This document shows positions 26,252-35,300 of a DNA stretch of 43,011 nt, piece by piece. Positions within the stretch are counted from its first letter, which is position 1. Every line of letters starts with the position of its first letter. A program made the translations under genes and the position numbers. Source of the DNA: Leptolyngbya cf. ectocarpi LEGE 11479 (GTDB lineage Bacteria > Cyanobacteriota > Cyanobacteriia > Phormidesmidales > Phormidesmidaceae); NCBI RefSeq assembly GCF_015207065.1, contig NZ_JADEXP010000011.1:1-43011 (forward strand), given 5' to 3'. The notes beneath the pieces are model-generated. The model did not search any database. It saw only the letters and a list, made by a program, of their open reading frames with translations, and was not told the origin of the DNA.

Positions 26252-26835
26252 ATGAAATTTAGAACTGTTCCTGTTGGACGACCGGTTATCAACACCCAGA
26301 TCTACATCCTTGATACCTATCTCAATCTTGTTCCTGTGGGTATCGAAGGCGAACTATATGTGGCGGGTGTAGGTGTGGGTCGAGGTTATCTCAATCGTTC
26401 AGGGCTAACAGATGAACGATTTATCCCCAATCCATTTTCGACTATAAATGATTTAAACCATAGTCGTCTTTACAAGACGGGCGATCGAGCCCGCTATCTG
26501 CCTAACGGCACCATTGAATTTCTCGGGCGTATCGATCACCAGGTCAAGGTGCGAGGATTTCGTATTGAACTGGGCGAAATCGAAGCCGCTTTATTAAGTC
26601 ATTCCCATGTGCAGCAAGCTGTTGTTATTGATCGCGAAGACAATCTTGGTGACAAACGACTGGTTGCCTATATGGTGTGTGAAGCTCCCTTGCCTGCTTG
26701 CTCCACAAATTGGTCCGAATTTCTGAAAGCGCAGCTGCCAAGTCATATGATTCCCAGTGCTTTTGTCGAACTAGAGGCTTTGCCTCTAACCCCTAACGGC
26801 AAACTTGATCGACGGGCACTGCCAATGCCAGACAC
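26252..26835 (+). other. Adenylation domain A4, C-terminal fragment (core A6-A10)
   Basis: GELYVAGVGVGRGYLNR (A6), YKTGDRARYLPNG (A7), GRIDHQVKVRGFRIELGEIE (A8), LPSHMIPSAF (A9), NGKLDRRAL (A10, supplies K517). Confidence 0.9.
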
Positions 26836-29800
26836 TGACTTGAGAGAGGCTGCTAATTTTGTTGCTCCTCGCACACCAACAGAAGAAATTACCGCCGATA
26901 TTTTTGCAGCTGTATTGGGACTAGAGACTATCGGTATTCACAGCAATTTCTTTGAATTTGGCGGTCATTCTCTCTTAGCAACGCAAGCAATATCAAAGTT
27001 GCGCGGGGCATTTCAGGTGGAACTACCCTTGAGAGATTTGTTTGAAGCACCGACAGTGGCTGAGTTGGATCAGCGTATTCATCAAGCCCTGACCTGTGAG
27101 CAATCGCAACATAAGCTTGTTCCCATTACAGCTATTTCCCGAGAGAAGAGCTTTCCATTTCCACTTAGCTGGTCTCAAGAAAGACTGTGGTTTCTAAATC
27201 AGTTAGAAGGAGCCAGCAGGGCTTACAACATTCCCATAGTGCTGAAAGTTGAGGGCTCTCTTAATCTAGATGCGTTGGCATGGGCAATGCAGAGCGTAGC
27301 TGAACGTCACGAGATTCTGCGCACTACCTTTCACAATCCAGATGGGCAGCCGATACAGATCGTTTCTCCAACTGCTGCATGCTCAATTCCATTGGAAGAC
27401 TTCACAACAGTTCCAATGGAACAGCAACAGGATAGGGTGCACCAACGCATTCATCAAGCAGCAACAACTCCCTTTAATCTGACCGAGGGGCCTCTGTTGC
27501 GTATAAGCCTGTTGCATCTATTCGAAAAATCCTACGTTTTACTATTAGTTTTTCACCACAGCATCTTTGATGCCTGGTCAGGTGAGGTGTTTGTTCGAGA
27601 ATTAACGACATTTTATCAAGTCTATCAGTCACAGCCAGCGAAGGTTTCTCCCTTTCCCCCCCTGACTCATCAGTATGGTGACTATGCCTACTGGCAACGC
27701 CAGCATCTGAACGTTGTCTTAGAGCCTCAACTCAAGTACTGGCAACAGCATCTGTCGGGCACTTTGCCAGCTTTAAATTTCCCCACAGACTATCCTCAGT
27801 CAGCCCAACCCGAATATCAAGGAGCCCGATGTTCTCGACAGCTATCAGTCTCATTAAGCACGGCACTGAAAACCTTATGTCGAGAAGAAGACGTCACGCT
27901 ATTTATGGCCCTACTAGCCGCACTAAACCTGTTGCTAGCTCGCCATACCGATCAGACAGACATCATCATAGGAGCGCCAATTGCTGGACGCCAACATCCA
28001 GGCACTGAAAACTTGATTGGTTTCTTTGTCAATCTATTACCCCTACGTATTGATTTATCAGAGATCATTACATTTCGAGAGTTACTGGCTCATGTGCGTG
28101 ACGTAACGTTGGCAGCTTACAGCAATCAGGATGTCCCCTTTGAAAAGCTGGTGGAGGTTTTACAACCAGAACGTGCTCTAAATCGTCATCCTGTTTTTGA
28201 TGTCATGCTAAATTTTCTCCAGACTTCCATGGCCCCTCCCAAGGTGAGTGGTTTGGAGCTAACTCCTTTAGAAATGCCGGATATGGCTTCTAAATTTTGG
28301 CTGACGTTACATGTAAGAGAACAAGAAAATTGTCTTCAGTTAGAACTAGCATATCGCCAATCACTGTTTTCAGCAGAGCGGATGGAAATTTTTCTAGCTC
28401 AGTTTGAAACACTGTTAGAGCAGATTGTATCGATGCCTAATCAGGCCGTACATCGGTATTCACTTCTGGTTGCTAACCCTCCGTGGAAACTGCCAGATCC
28501 GAGTGTTCCCTTGGTCGAATCCCCGTTTGAGCCCGTTTCAGCTTTAGTCATGGCTCAAGTGCGAAAGCACCCTGACAAGACTGCCATTACTCAGGCTGGA
28601 CAGTGCTGGACGTACCAAGATCTAATGGCTGAGGCGACTCGCGTTGCCGATCGACTGATCGACACTGGCGCACAGTCAGGCGATGTGGTGGCTGTATATG
28701 GAGAGCGAAACTTTGAATTCATTTCCAGTATCCTTGGCATATTCCTGAGTGGAACTGTACTGCTTACTCTAGATTCCAATTTACCAGAACAACGGCTGCG
28801 ACTGATGGTAGAGCAGGCTAAGGTTCGCTATTTGGTGATACTAGATAATGATCTGCCCAGACAATGGGTTCCCGATCCGGTTCACCTGTTAATGGAGAAG
28901 CCCACAGTAAAATCTCAGCAGACCGCTGTCAAGTCTGCGGCTATGGTTTCTGTGCAGATGTCTTCTTTACCTCAGGTTAAGGGCGATGATCCAGCCTATA
29001 TATTCTTCACCTCGGGTAGTACGGGTATTCCCAAAGGAGTGCTAGGTCTACATAAGGGTATTTCTCACTTCGTCAATTGGCAGCGAGATACCTTTGAGGT
29101 TGGCAGTGAGGATCGGGTTGCTCAGCTGATCCGTTTATCTTTTGATGCACTACTGCGAGATATTTTCTTACCGTTGACAAGCGGTGCGACTTTATGTCTG
29201 CCGACTGAGGATGAGTTGAGTCGCGATCGCATCTTACATTGGCTAGAACAAGAGAATATTTCTATTCTTCACACAGTACCTACAGTCGCCCAGTTCTGGA
29301 TAGCCAATGCTCCGAATATCATCAAGTTACCCGCTCTGCGACTCGCCTTTTTCTCCGGCGAGCCCCTAACCGCAAATTTCATTAGCCAATGGCGGCAAAC
29401 GTTTACCCCAGCCCATAATCTTATTAATCTTTATGGTGCTACAGAGACCACCATGGTTAAAACCTACTATCTAGTGCCTCAGCATCTACGTCCAGGCAGC
29501 CAGCCAGCAGGTTGGCCTCTGCCCCAAACCCAAACTTGGGTATTACGTGATAACGATCAACCCTGTGGCATTGGAGAAGTTGGCCAAATTGTCGTACGCA
29601 CACCGTTTCGTACCTTGGGATATATCAATGCAGATTCTGGTCAACCACCTTGCTTTAGACCAAATCCTTTCCGCTACGATCCTGATGACTTAGTCTACGA
29701 CACAGGCGATCGAGGACGATTTTTACCAGATGGCAGCCTGGAGGTATTAGGTCGTTTAGATAGTCAACTCAAAATCCGAGGTGTGCGCATTCAACCTGGA

Positions 29801-30445
29801 GAAATTGAGGCAATTCTGAATCAAGATTCAGACATTGATCAAAGTGTAGTCGTTGCCCGTCCTGATGCTAAAGGAGAGAATGTCCTGATAGCTTATCTGG
29901 TTCCTCGCCATCAGACTGACATCGATCGGCACCAGCTGCACAACTCTCTATTTCAACGCTTGCCTGTCTATTTAATTCCTACTACCTATGTAATTTTGGA
30001 CACACTTCCTCTAACACCCAGTGGAAAGGTTGATCGTAGCGCTCTCCCGATTCCGGACCTCAGTATCAGTACTCTCTCTACTCAGATTCCCCCACGTACG
30101 CCAACAGAGATTAGTTTGGTTGAAATTGTTGCTAACATTCTCAGGCTTGACACTGTAGGTATTTACGATAACTTCTTTGCTCTAGGGGGACATTCTTTGC
30201 AAGCGAGTCAGGTGATTGCCTATATCCAGCAAACCTTTGGAATAAAGCTACCCCTGCGCTCACTTTTTGAAGAGCCGACAGTTGCAGCGCTTGCCAAAAT
30301 GATAGACATCTATCAAGAAAAAGGAAACACAAATGCGGCATCAACTACGCCAATTCCTAAACGGTCACGACGACGAGTAAAACGCTCAGCCGAAGGAACG
30401 CTGATTATACCGGCTCAGCTCAAGCAAGAGCTACAGGATAATTGA
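26252..30445 (+). CDS. NRPS-2 (1397 aa): A(C-terminal fragment, core A6-A10)-PCP / C-A(DARH-type)-PCP
   Basis: Starts MKFRTVPVGRPVINTQIYILD, the segment that in intact A domains follows about 20 residues after YGPTE. The in-frame region upstream is closed by TAA at 26195-26197 and has no earlier ATG. No N-terminal docking or C domain. Confidence 0.92.
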   Translation: MKFRTVPVGRPVINTQIYILDTYLNLVPVGIEGELYVAGVGVGRGYLNRSGLTDERFIPNPFSTINDLNHSRLYKTGDRARYLPNGTIEFLGRIDHQVKVRGFRIELGEIEAALLSHSHVQQAVVIDREDNLGDKRLVAYMVCEAPLPACSTNWSEFLKAQLPSHMIPSAFVELEALPLTPNGKLDRRALPMPDTDLREAANFVAPRTPTEEITADIFAAVLGLETIGIHSNFFEFGGHSLLATQAISKLRGAFQVELPLRDLFEAPTVAELDQRIHQALTCEQSQHKLVPITAISREKSFPFPLSWSQERLWFLNQLEGASRAYNIPIVLKVEGSLNLDALAWAMQSVAERHEILRTTFHNPDGQPIQIVSPTAACSIPLEDFTTVPMEQQQDRVHQRIHQAATTPFNLTEGPLLRISLLHLFEKSYVLLLVFHHSIFDAWSGEVFVRELTTFYQVYQSQPAKVSPFPPLTHQYGDYAYWQRQHLNVVLEPQLKYWQQHLSGTLPALNFPTDYPQSAQPEYQGARCSRQLSVSLSTALKTLCREEDVTLFMALLAALNLLLARHTDQTDIIIGAPIAGRQHPGTENLIGFFVNLLPLRIDLSEIITFRELLAHVRDVTLAAYSNQDVPFEKLVEVLQPERALNRHPVFDVMLNFLQTSMAPPKVSGLELTPLEMPDMASKFWLTLHVREQENCLQLELAYRQSLFSAERMEIFLAQFETLLEQIVSMPNQAVHRYSLLVANPPWKLPDPSVPLVESPFEPVSALVMAQVRKHPDKTAITQAGQCWTYQDLMAEATRVADRLIDTGAQSGDVVAVYGERNFEFISSILGIFLSGTVLLTLDSNLPEQRLRLMVEQAKVRYLVILDNDLPRQWVPDPVHLLMEKPTVKSQQTAVKSAAMVSVQMSSLPQVKGDDPAYIFFTSGSTGIPKGVLGLHKGISHFVNWQRDTFEVGSEDRVAQLIRLSFDALLRDIFLPLTSGATLCLPTEDELSRDRILHWLEQENISILHTVPTVAQFWIANAPNIIKLPALRLAFFSGEPLTANFISQWRQTFTPAHNLINLYGATETTMVKTYYLVPQHLRPGSQPAGWPLPQTQTWVLRDNDQPCGIGEVGQIVVRTPFRTLGYINADSGQPPCFRPNPFRYDPDDLVYDTGDRGRFLPDGSLEVLGRLDSQLKIRGVRIQPGEIEAILNQDSDIDQSVVVARPDAKGENVLIAYLVPRHQTDIDRHQLHNSLFQRLPVYLIPTTYVILDTLPLTPSGKVDRSALPIPDLSISTLSTQIPPRTPTEISLVEIVANILRLDTVGIYDNFFALGGHSLQASQVIAYIQQTFGIKLPLRSLFEEPTVAALAKMIDIYQEKGNTNAASTTPIPKRSRRRVKRSAEGTLIIPAQLKQELQDN
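26867..27080 (+). other. PCP4
   Basis: FFEFGGHSLLATQAISKLR; Ser codon 26969-26971. Confidence 0.9.
27155..28465 (+). other. Condensation domain C5 (LCL-like)
   Basis: FPLSWSQERLWFLNQLEG; VFHHSIFDAWS (27554-27580; Ala where HHxxxDG has Gly); HQYGDYAYWQ. Confidence 0.9.
28545..30053 (+). other. Adenylation domain A5, divergent; DARH-type pocket (candidate side-chain-carboxyl activation of Asp, McyB2-like)
   Basis: PAYIFFTSGSTGIPKG; SFDALLRD; ILHTVPT; AFFSGEP; NLYGATETTMV; YDTGD; KIRGVRIQPGEIE; PSGKVDR. The code read by eye is DARHFSLMVK. Confidence 0.6.
30092..30306 (+). other. PCP5
   Basis: FFALGGHSLQASQVIAYIQ; Ser codon 30194-30196. Confidence 0.9.
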
Positions 30446-30486
30446 GTATGCCACTGGATTACAGCATCAATTTTAAAGCTATAGGT

Positions 30487-30493
30487 AAGGAGG
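30487..30493 (+). promoter_or_regulatory. Shine-Dalgarno AAGGAGG for the racemase gene
   Basis: AAGGAGG lies 6 nt upstream of TTG 30500. This supports the non-ATG start used in the ORF track. Confidence 0.7.
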
Positions 30494-30499
30494 GCTAGT

Positions 30500-31231
30500 T
30501 TGAGTTATTTCCACTCCCTATCAAGACTGGATTTCCTAGGCATTCTGGGGGGTATGGGTCCGTTAGCCTCTGCTGAATTTCTCAAGACTATTTATGAATA
30601 CAGTCTGACGGGGGAGTCTGAGCAGGAATCACCCAGGGTTGTAGTATATTCTGATCCCACATTACCTGATAGAACTCAAATACTTTTGAGTGGCGAAAGT
30701 GAACCATTACTGAGTAAGCTTATCGAAGCATTACATCAGCTGAGTGAACTCAAAGCAAGAAGAATAATCATCTGTTGCGTTACGTCTCACTATCTACTTG
30801 CCAAACTTCCTGCTGACTTGCAAGAACGCATTATTTGTCTGGTAGACATTATTCTCAGTAATATTATTGAGCAAAAAAAAAAGCATCTTTTACTCTGTAC
30901 AACAGGTACCCGTCGGCTCAAGATATTTTCACAGCATCCCCTATGGGGCCAGGCTAAGGAGTACATTATACTGCCAGATGATTCGGATCAACAGACTGTA
31001 CATAACATGATATACCAAATTAAAACTAACGGTATATCAATACCGGTCGCGTATCAGCATGCAGAGTGTTTAGCCATGAAATACAATGCTGATTCGGTCA
31101 TTGCTGGCTGTACAGAACTACATTTATTAAGTAAGTTTTCTATAAATGGGGGTGAGTTTCAAGCAAAACAAGATATTCAGATTACCTTTTTCGATCCTTT
31201 AGTGCATATTGCTCAAAGCCTTGCGTCGTGA
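30500..31231 (+). CDS. Asp/Glu/hydantoin-racemase-family protein, aspartate-racemase-like (McyF-like)
   Basis: LGILGGMGPLASAEFLKTIYE at the N terminus. Two catalytic-Cys contexts: IICCVTSHYLL and IAGCTELHLL (GCTE). About 240 aa, typical of PLP-independent two-Cys racemases. Confidence 0.8.
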   Translation: MSYFHSLSRLDFLGILGGMGPLASAEFLKTIYEYSLTGESEQESPRVVVYSDPTLPDRTQILLSGESEPLLSKLIEALHQLSELKARRIIICCVTSHYLLAKLPADLQERIICLVDIILSNIIEQKKKHLLLCTTGTRRLKIFSQHPLWGQAKEYIILPDDSDQQTVHNMIYQIKTNGISIPVAYQHAECLAMKYNADSVIAGCTELHLLSKFSINGGEFQAKQDIQITFFDPLVHIAQSLAS

Positions 31232-31241
31232 CCTCTAACAA

Positions 31242-32273
31242 ATGAAAAAATCTAAGCCATCTATAGCCTCCATCAATGTTGAAAAAGTTAAGTTGGGATA
31301 TCTACAAGTAGATCAACAGCCCCCTTTAGTCATAGAGCCGACTAGTGACGATCTGGATTTAGTATCCTGGGCCAATGATAACCAGGGGCTTATAGAAAGC
31401 CAGCTTGACACCTATGGTGCTCTTCTATTTCGAGGCTTTAAGCTACCTTCTCCAACCACTATGTTAGAACAATTCGCACTGACAAATTGTTCAGATCTAT
31501 TTGACGACAATGGCGAGCATCCCCGTGAAGCCTTAGGTAGTAAAGTTTATACTCCTGTTTTTTATCCCAACGACAAGAAGATTTTCTGGCACAACGAGAA
31601 CTCGTTTAATCGGCGTTCGCCCATGAGAATTTGGTTTTGCTGTCTACAACCATCAGAGCAAGGAGGAGAGACTCCTATTGTTGATAGCCGTGAAGTCTAT
31701 AACCTAATCGATCCTGAAATTAGATCAGAATTTGAGCAAAAACAAATAAAGTATATCCGCAATTACAATCCGCAACTAGGACTTTCTTGGCAAAAGATTT
31801 TTCAAACAACTGATAAAAAAGAAGTTGAAGAAAAATGCAAAGATAATCTAATGTCGTTTGAATGGAAAGAAGGGGATCGTCTGCAGACAACCTGCATTCG
31901 TCCATCGGTGGTGAAACATCCAAGGACAGGTGAAAAGTCGTGGTTTAATCAGGCACAACATTGGCATTTATACTTTCTAGATCCAATTACCCGTGAGGTT
32001 TTTTCGTCGTCTTTTTCTGAAGATGAGCTACCACGTAACTGTTGCTATGGTGATGGATCGCCTATTCCAGATGCTGTTATGGAAGCTGTCGAAAAGGTAT
32101 ATCAGAAGCTGGAGATCAGTTTCTCCTGGCAGAAAGAAGATATCTTGATGCTAGATAATATCCTTATGGCCCACGCTCGTAATCCGTTTGTTGGAGAAAG
32201 AAAGCTCTTAGTGACGATGGGGAAAACGTTTCAATATGATCATTGTACTACTGCTCAAGACAATGCGCCTTAA
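31242..32273 (+). CDS. TauD/TfdA / clavaminate-synthase-like Fe(II)/2-oxoglutarate oxygenase; candidate Asp/Asn beta-hydroxylase
   Basis: YGALLFRGF; HxE metal motif in FWHNENSF; distal His/Arg in LMAHARNPF. About 340 aa and positioned inside an NRPS operon, as for SyrP/AsnO-type amino-acid beta-hydroxylases. Confidence 0.75.
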   Translation: MKKSKPSIASINVEKVKLGYLQVDQQPPLVIEPTSDDLDLVSWANDNQGLIESQLDTYGALLFRGFKLPSPTTMLEQFALTNCSDLFDDNGEHPREALGSKVYTPVFYPNDKKIFWHNENSFNRRSPMRIWFCCLQPSEQGGETPIVDSREVYNLIDPEIRSEFEQKQIKYIRNYNPQLGLSWQKIFQTTDKKEVEEKCKDNLMSFEWKEGDRLQTTCIRPSVVKHPRTGEKSWFNQAQHWHLYFLDPITREVFSSSFSEDELPRNCCYGDGSPIPDAVMEAVEKVYQKLEISFSWQKEDILMLDNILMAHARNPFVGERKLLVTMGKTFQYDHCTTAQDNAP

Positions 32274-32365
32274 AAACCTGAATTTATCCCGTGATTAGTT
32301 TATTCTCTAGTTCAGTACTTGTTGTTTAGCCATTCCTTTAGTCTAAGTACTTTTAGTTTAGCGTT

Positions 32366-35300
32366 ATGACACTTTCAGCAGTTTCGGAAGACGTTTACAT
32401 TTATCCGTTATCTTTTGCTCAAGAGCATCTCTGGTTTTTGCAACAGGCAAACCCAGAGAGCGTAGCCTACAATATGACTTACGCGCTCCGCCTGCAAGGC
32501 AATCTGAATGTGTCAGCATTAGAGTGTGCTATTCAAACTATCTACACACGTCATGAAACCCTGCGCACCAGTATTGAAATGGTCGATGGCTTTGCCATGC
32601 AGGTCATTTCTCCAGCTGTTGCTATGTCTCTTCCTTTTATCGATCTGAGCACCCTTTCCTCAACTGATGCTATGGGCGAGGTAAAGCGGTTAGCCATTGA
32701 TCAAGAAACAACCTGCTTTAATCTAGCTCAAGAGGTCCTAATCCGAGTTCAGCTGTTACGATTGGCGGACACTGATCATGTACTGTTGCTAACGCTACAC
32801 CATATTATTGCAGATGGCTGGTCTATTGGTATAATTATTCAAGAGACTTCTACATTGTATTCAGCATATTTCCAGGGCAAGCCACCTGCGCTACCTGAAC
32901 TGCCGATTCAATATGGAGATTTTTCAGATTGGCAGCGTGATTGGTTGTCAGGCCCCGTTCTTCAGAAACTGCTCACCTATTGGACTAGTCAATTAGCTGG
33001 CGTACCTACATTACTAGAATTGCCTAGCGATCGCACGTACCCGGCAATCCGAACGGCTCAAGGTCGTACCGAAAAGTTTGTTGTTGATCCAACTTTAGCT
33101 CTGCAGCTCAAAACATTAGCTCAACGGCAGCAGGTGACTTTGTTTATGTTACTGTTGGCTGCATTTGGCACCCTGTTGTTTCGTTATAGTGAGCAGCAAG
33201 ATATGGTGATTGGTACGTCGATTGCCAATCGTACCCGGCCAGAATTTGAGCCATTAATCGGCTTTTTTGTGAATACGTTAGCTTTAAGACTCCAGTTTCA
33301 AGAGATTTCAACATTTCAAGATCTCTTAGATCAGGTGCGTCAAGTAAGTTTGGGTGCTTATGAACATCAGGATTTACCCTTTGCCCATGTGGTTGAAGCA
33401 CTTGATTTGGAGCGATCGCTGAGCCATAGTCCTCTAGTTCAGGTTATGTTTCTACTGCAGAATGCTTCTAGTGAGCAGTTAGAATTGCCAGGGCTAACGC
33501 TATCTTCCCTTGAGTTTGAAGAAACAAGAGCCAGATTTGATCTTACCCTGTCAGTGCAAGAAACAGCTGCGGGGCTGCAGGGGCAATGGGAATACAGTAC
33601 CGATCTATTTGAAGCAGAGACTATTCGTCGTATGATCGTTCACTTTCATACGCTCCTAGAAGGCATTGTTGATAATCCTCAAGAACTGCTGGATCAGCTA
33701 CCACTGTTGCCAAAACCAGAGTCTCAGAAGTTATTAAAAGAGTGGAACGATACGGCTGTTGATTATCCCAAAGAGCGTTGTATCCACCAGCTTTTTGAAG
33801 CCCAGGTAGAGAAAACTCCAAAGGCAGTTGCTGTTGAATTTAATACTCAGCAGCTGACTTACGAGGTATTGAATCAGCGGGCTAATCAACTGGCACGTTA
33901 TCTGCAAACTGTGGGAGTTGGGCCGGAGATCTTAGTAGGGATTTGTGTTGAAAGATCCCTTGATATGATAGTGGGCTTGTTAGGAATTCTCAAGGCAGGG
34001 GGGGGCTATGTTCCCATGGATCCTAGCTATCCTAAGAAACGTCTGATCTACATGTTGCAAGATTCTGCAGCATCAGTTTTGTTGACTCAACAAAAAATAC
34101 AAGAGAGTTTCTCTCAGTCAGGTGTTCATACAATCTGCCTCGATTTAGACTGGCCTAAAATTGCTGACCATGGGAGTGGCAATGTTGAGAGTACTATTAA
34201 CTCCAACAACTTGGCCTATGTTATTTATACCTCCGGCTCCACAGGAAAACCGAAAGGAGTTGAGGTTATCCATCAAGGTTTGACTAACTATCTATGCTGG
34301 TGTGTTCAACACTATGATATTGCCAGGGGATCTGGGGCACTAGTTCATACTCCGCTTGGATTCGATGCAACTATTACGGGACTCTTTTCTCCTCTTTTGG
34401 TGGGTCGAACAGTATTTTTACTCCCAGAGGATCAGGGGATCAGCGCCTTGGCAGGCGCTTTACAGCAGGGAAATAATTTTAGTTTAGTTAAGTTGACACC
34501 CGCTCATCTAAAGCTTCTTAGTTCTCTTATTCCAGCGGAAAAACTAGCTCAACAGGCACACGTTTTTGTGATTGGCGGAGAAGCCTTGATGAAAGACATG
34601 ATTTCTCCCTGGTTGACCCATGCTCCAAATACAAGACTGATCAATGAATATGGGCCAACTGAAACTGTGGTTGGATGCTGTATTTACGAGGCTAATGCCC
34701 ATAAAGCTTTAGCAGATCTGATTCCTATCGGTCGTCCTATTGCCAATACTCAACTCTATATTTTAGATTCTCGGCTACACCCTTTACCTATTGGGGCTGT
34801 GGGAGAATTATACATAGGTGGAGACGGGGTAGCCCGAGGGTATCGGGGGTTGCCAGAACTAAGTGCTGAGAAGTTTATGGCTAACCCCTTTGGGTTAGGT
34901 CGTCTTTACAGGACGGGAGATCTAGCTCGCTATTTGCCTGATGGAAATGTTGAATTCCTCGGACGTATTGACAATAGCGTGAAGCTTCGGGGTTTTCGGA
35001 TTGAATTAGGAGAGATTGAAGCGGTTCTGTCTGCCCATCCTCATATCCAACAAGTCAGCGTAATTGTTCGAGAAGATCACCCAGAGGACAAGCGGCTAGT
35101 CGCCTATGTGGTGAACCAACATATACAGCTCTCCTCAATAGAGCTACGTGACTTTCTCAAGGCTCAGCTGCCTGATTACATGTTGCCTAATACTTTTATG
35201 CAACTGGACGCTTTACCCCTGACTCCTAATGGTAAAGTCGATCGAAATGCCTTGCCCTCACCGGAAAGCCTGTCGGGACCATCCCGTGTATCGACTCCGC

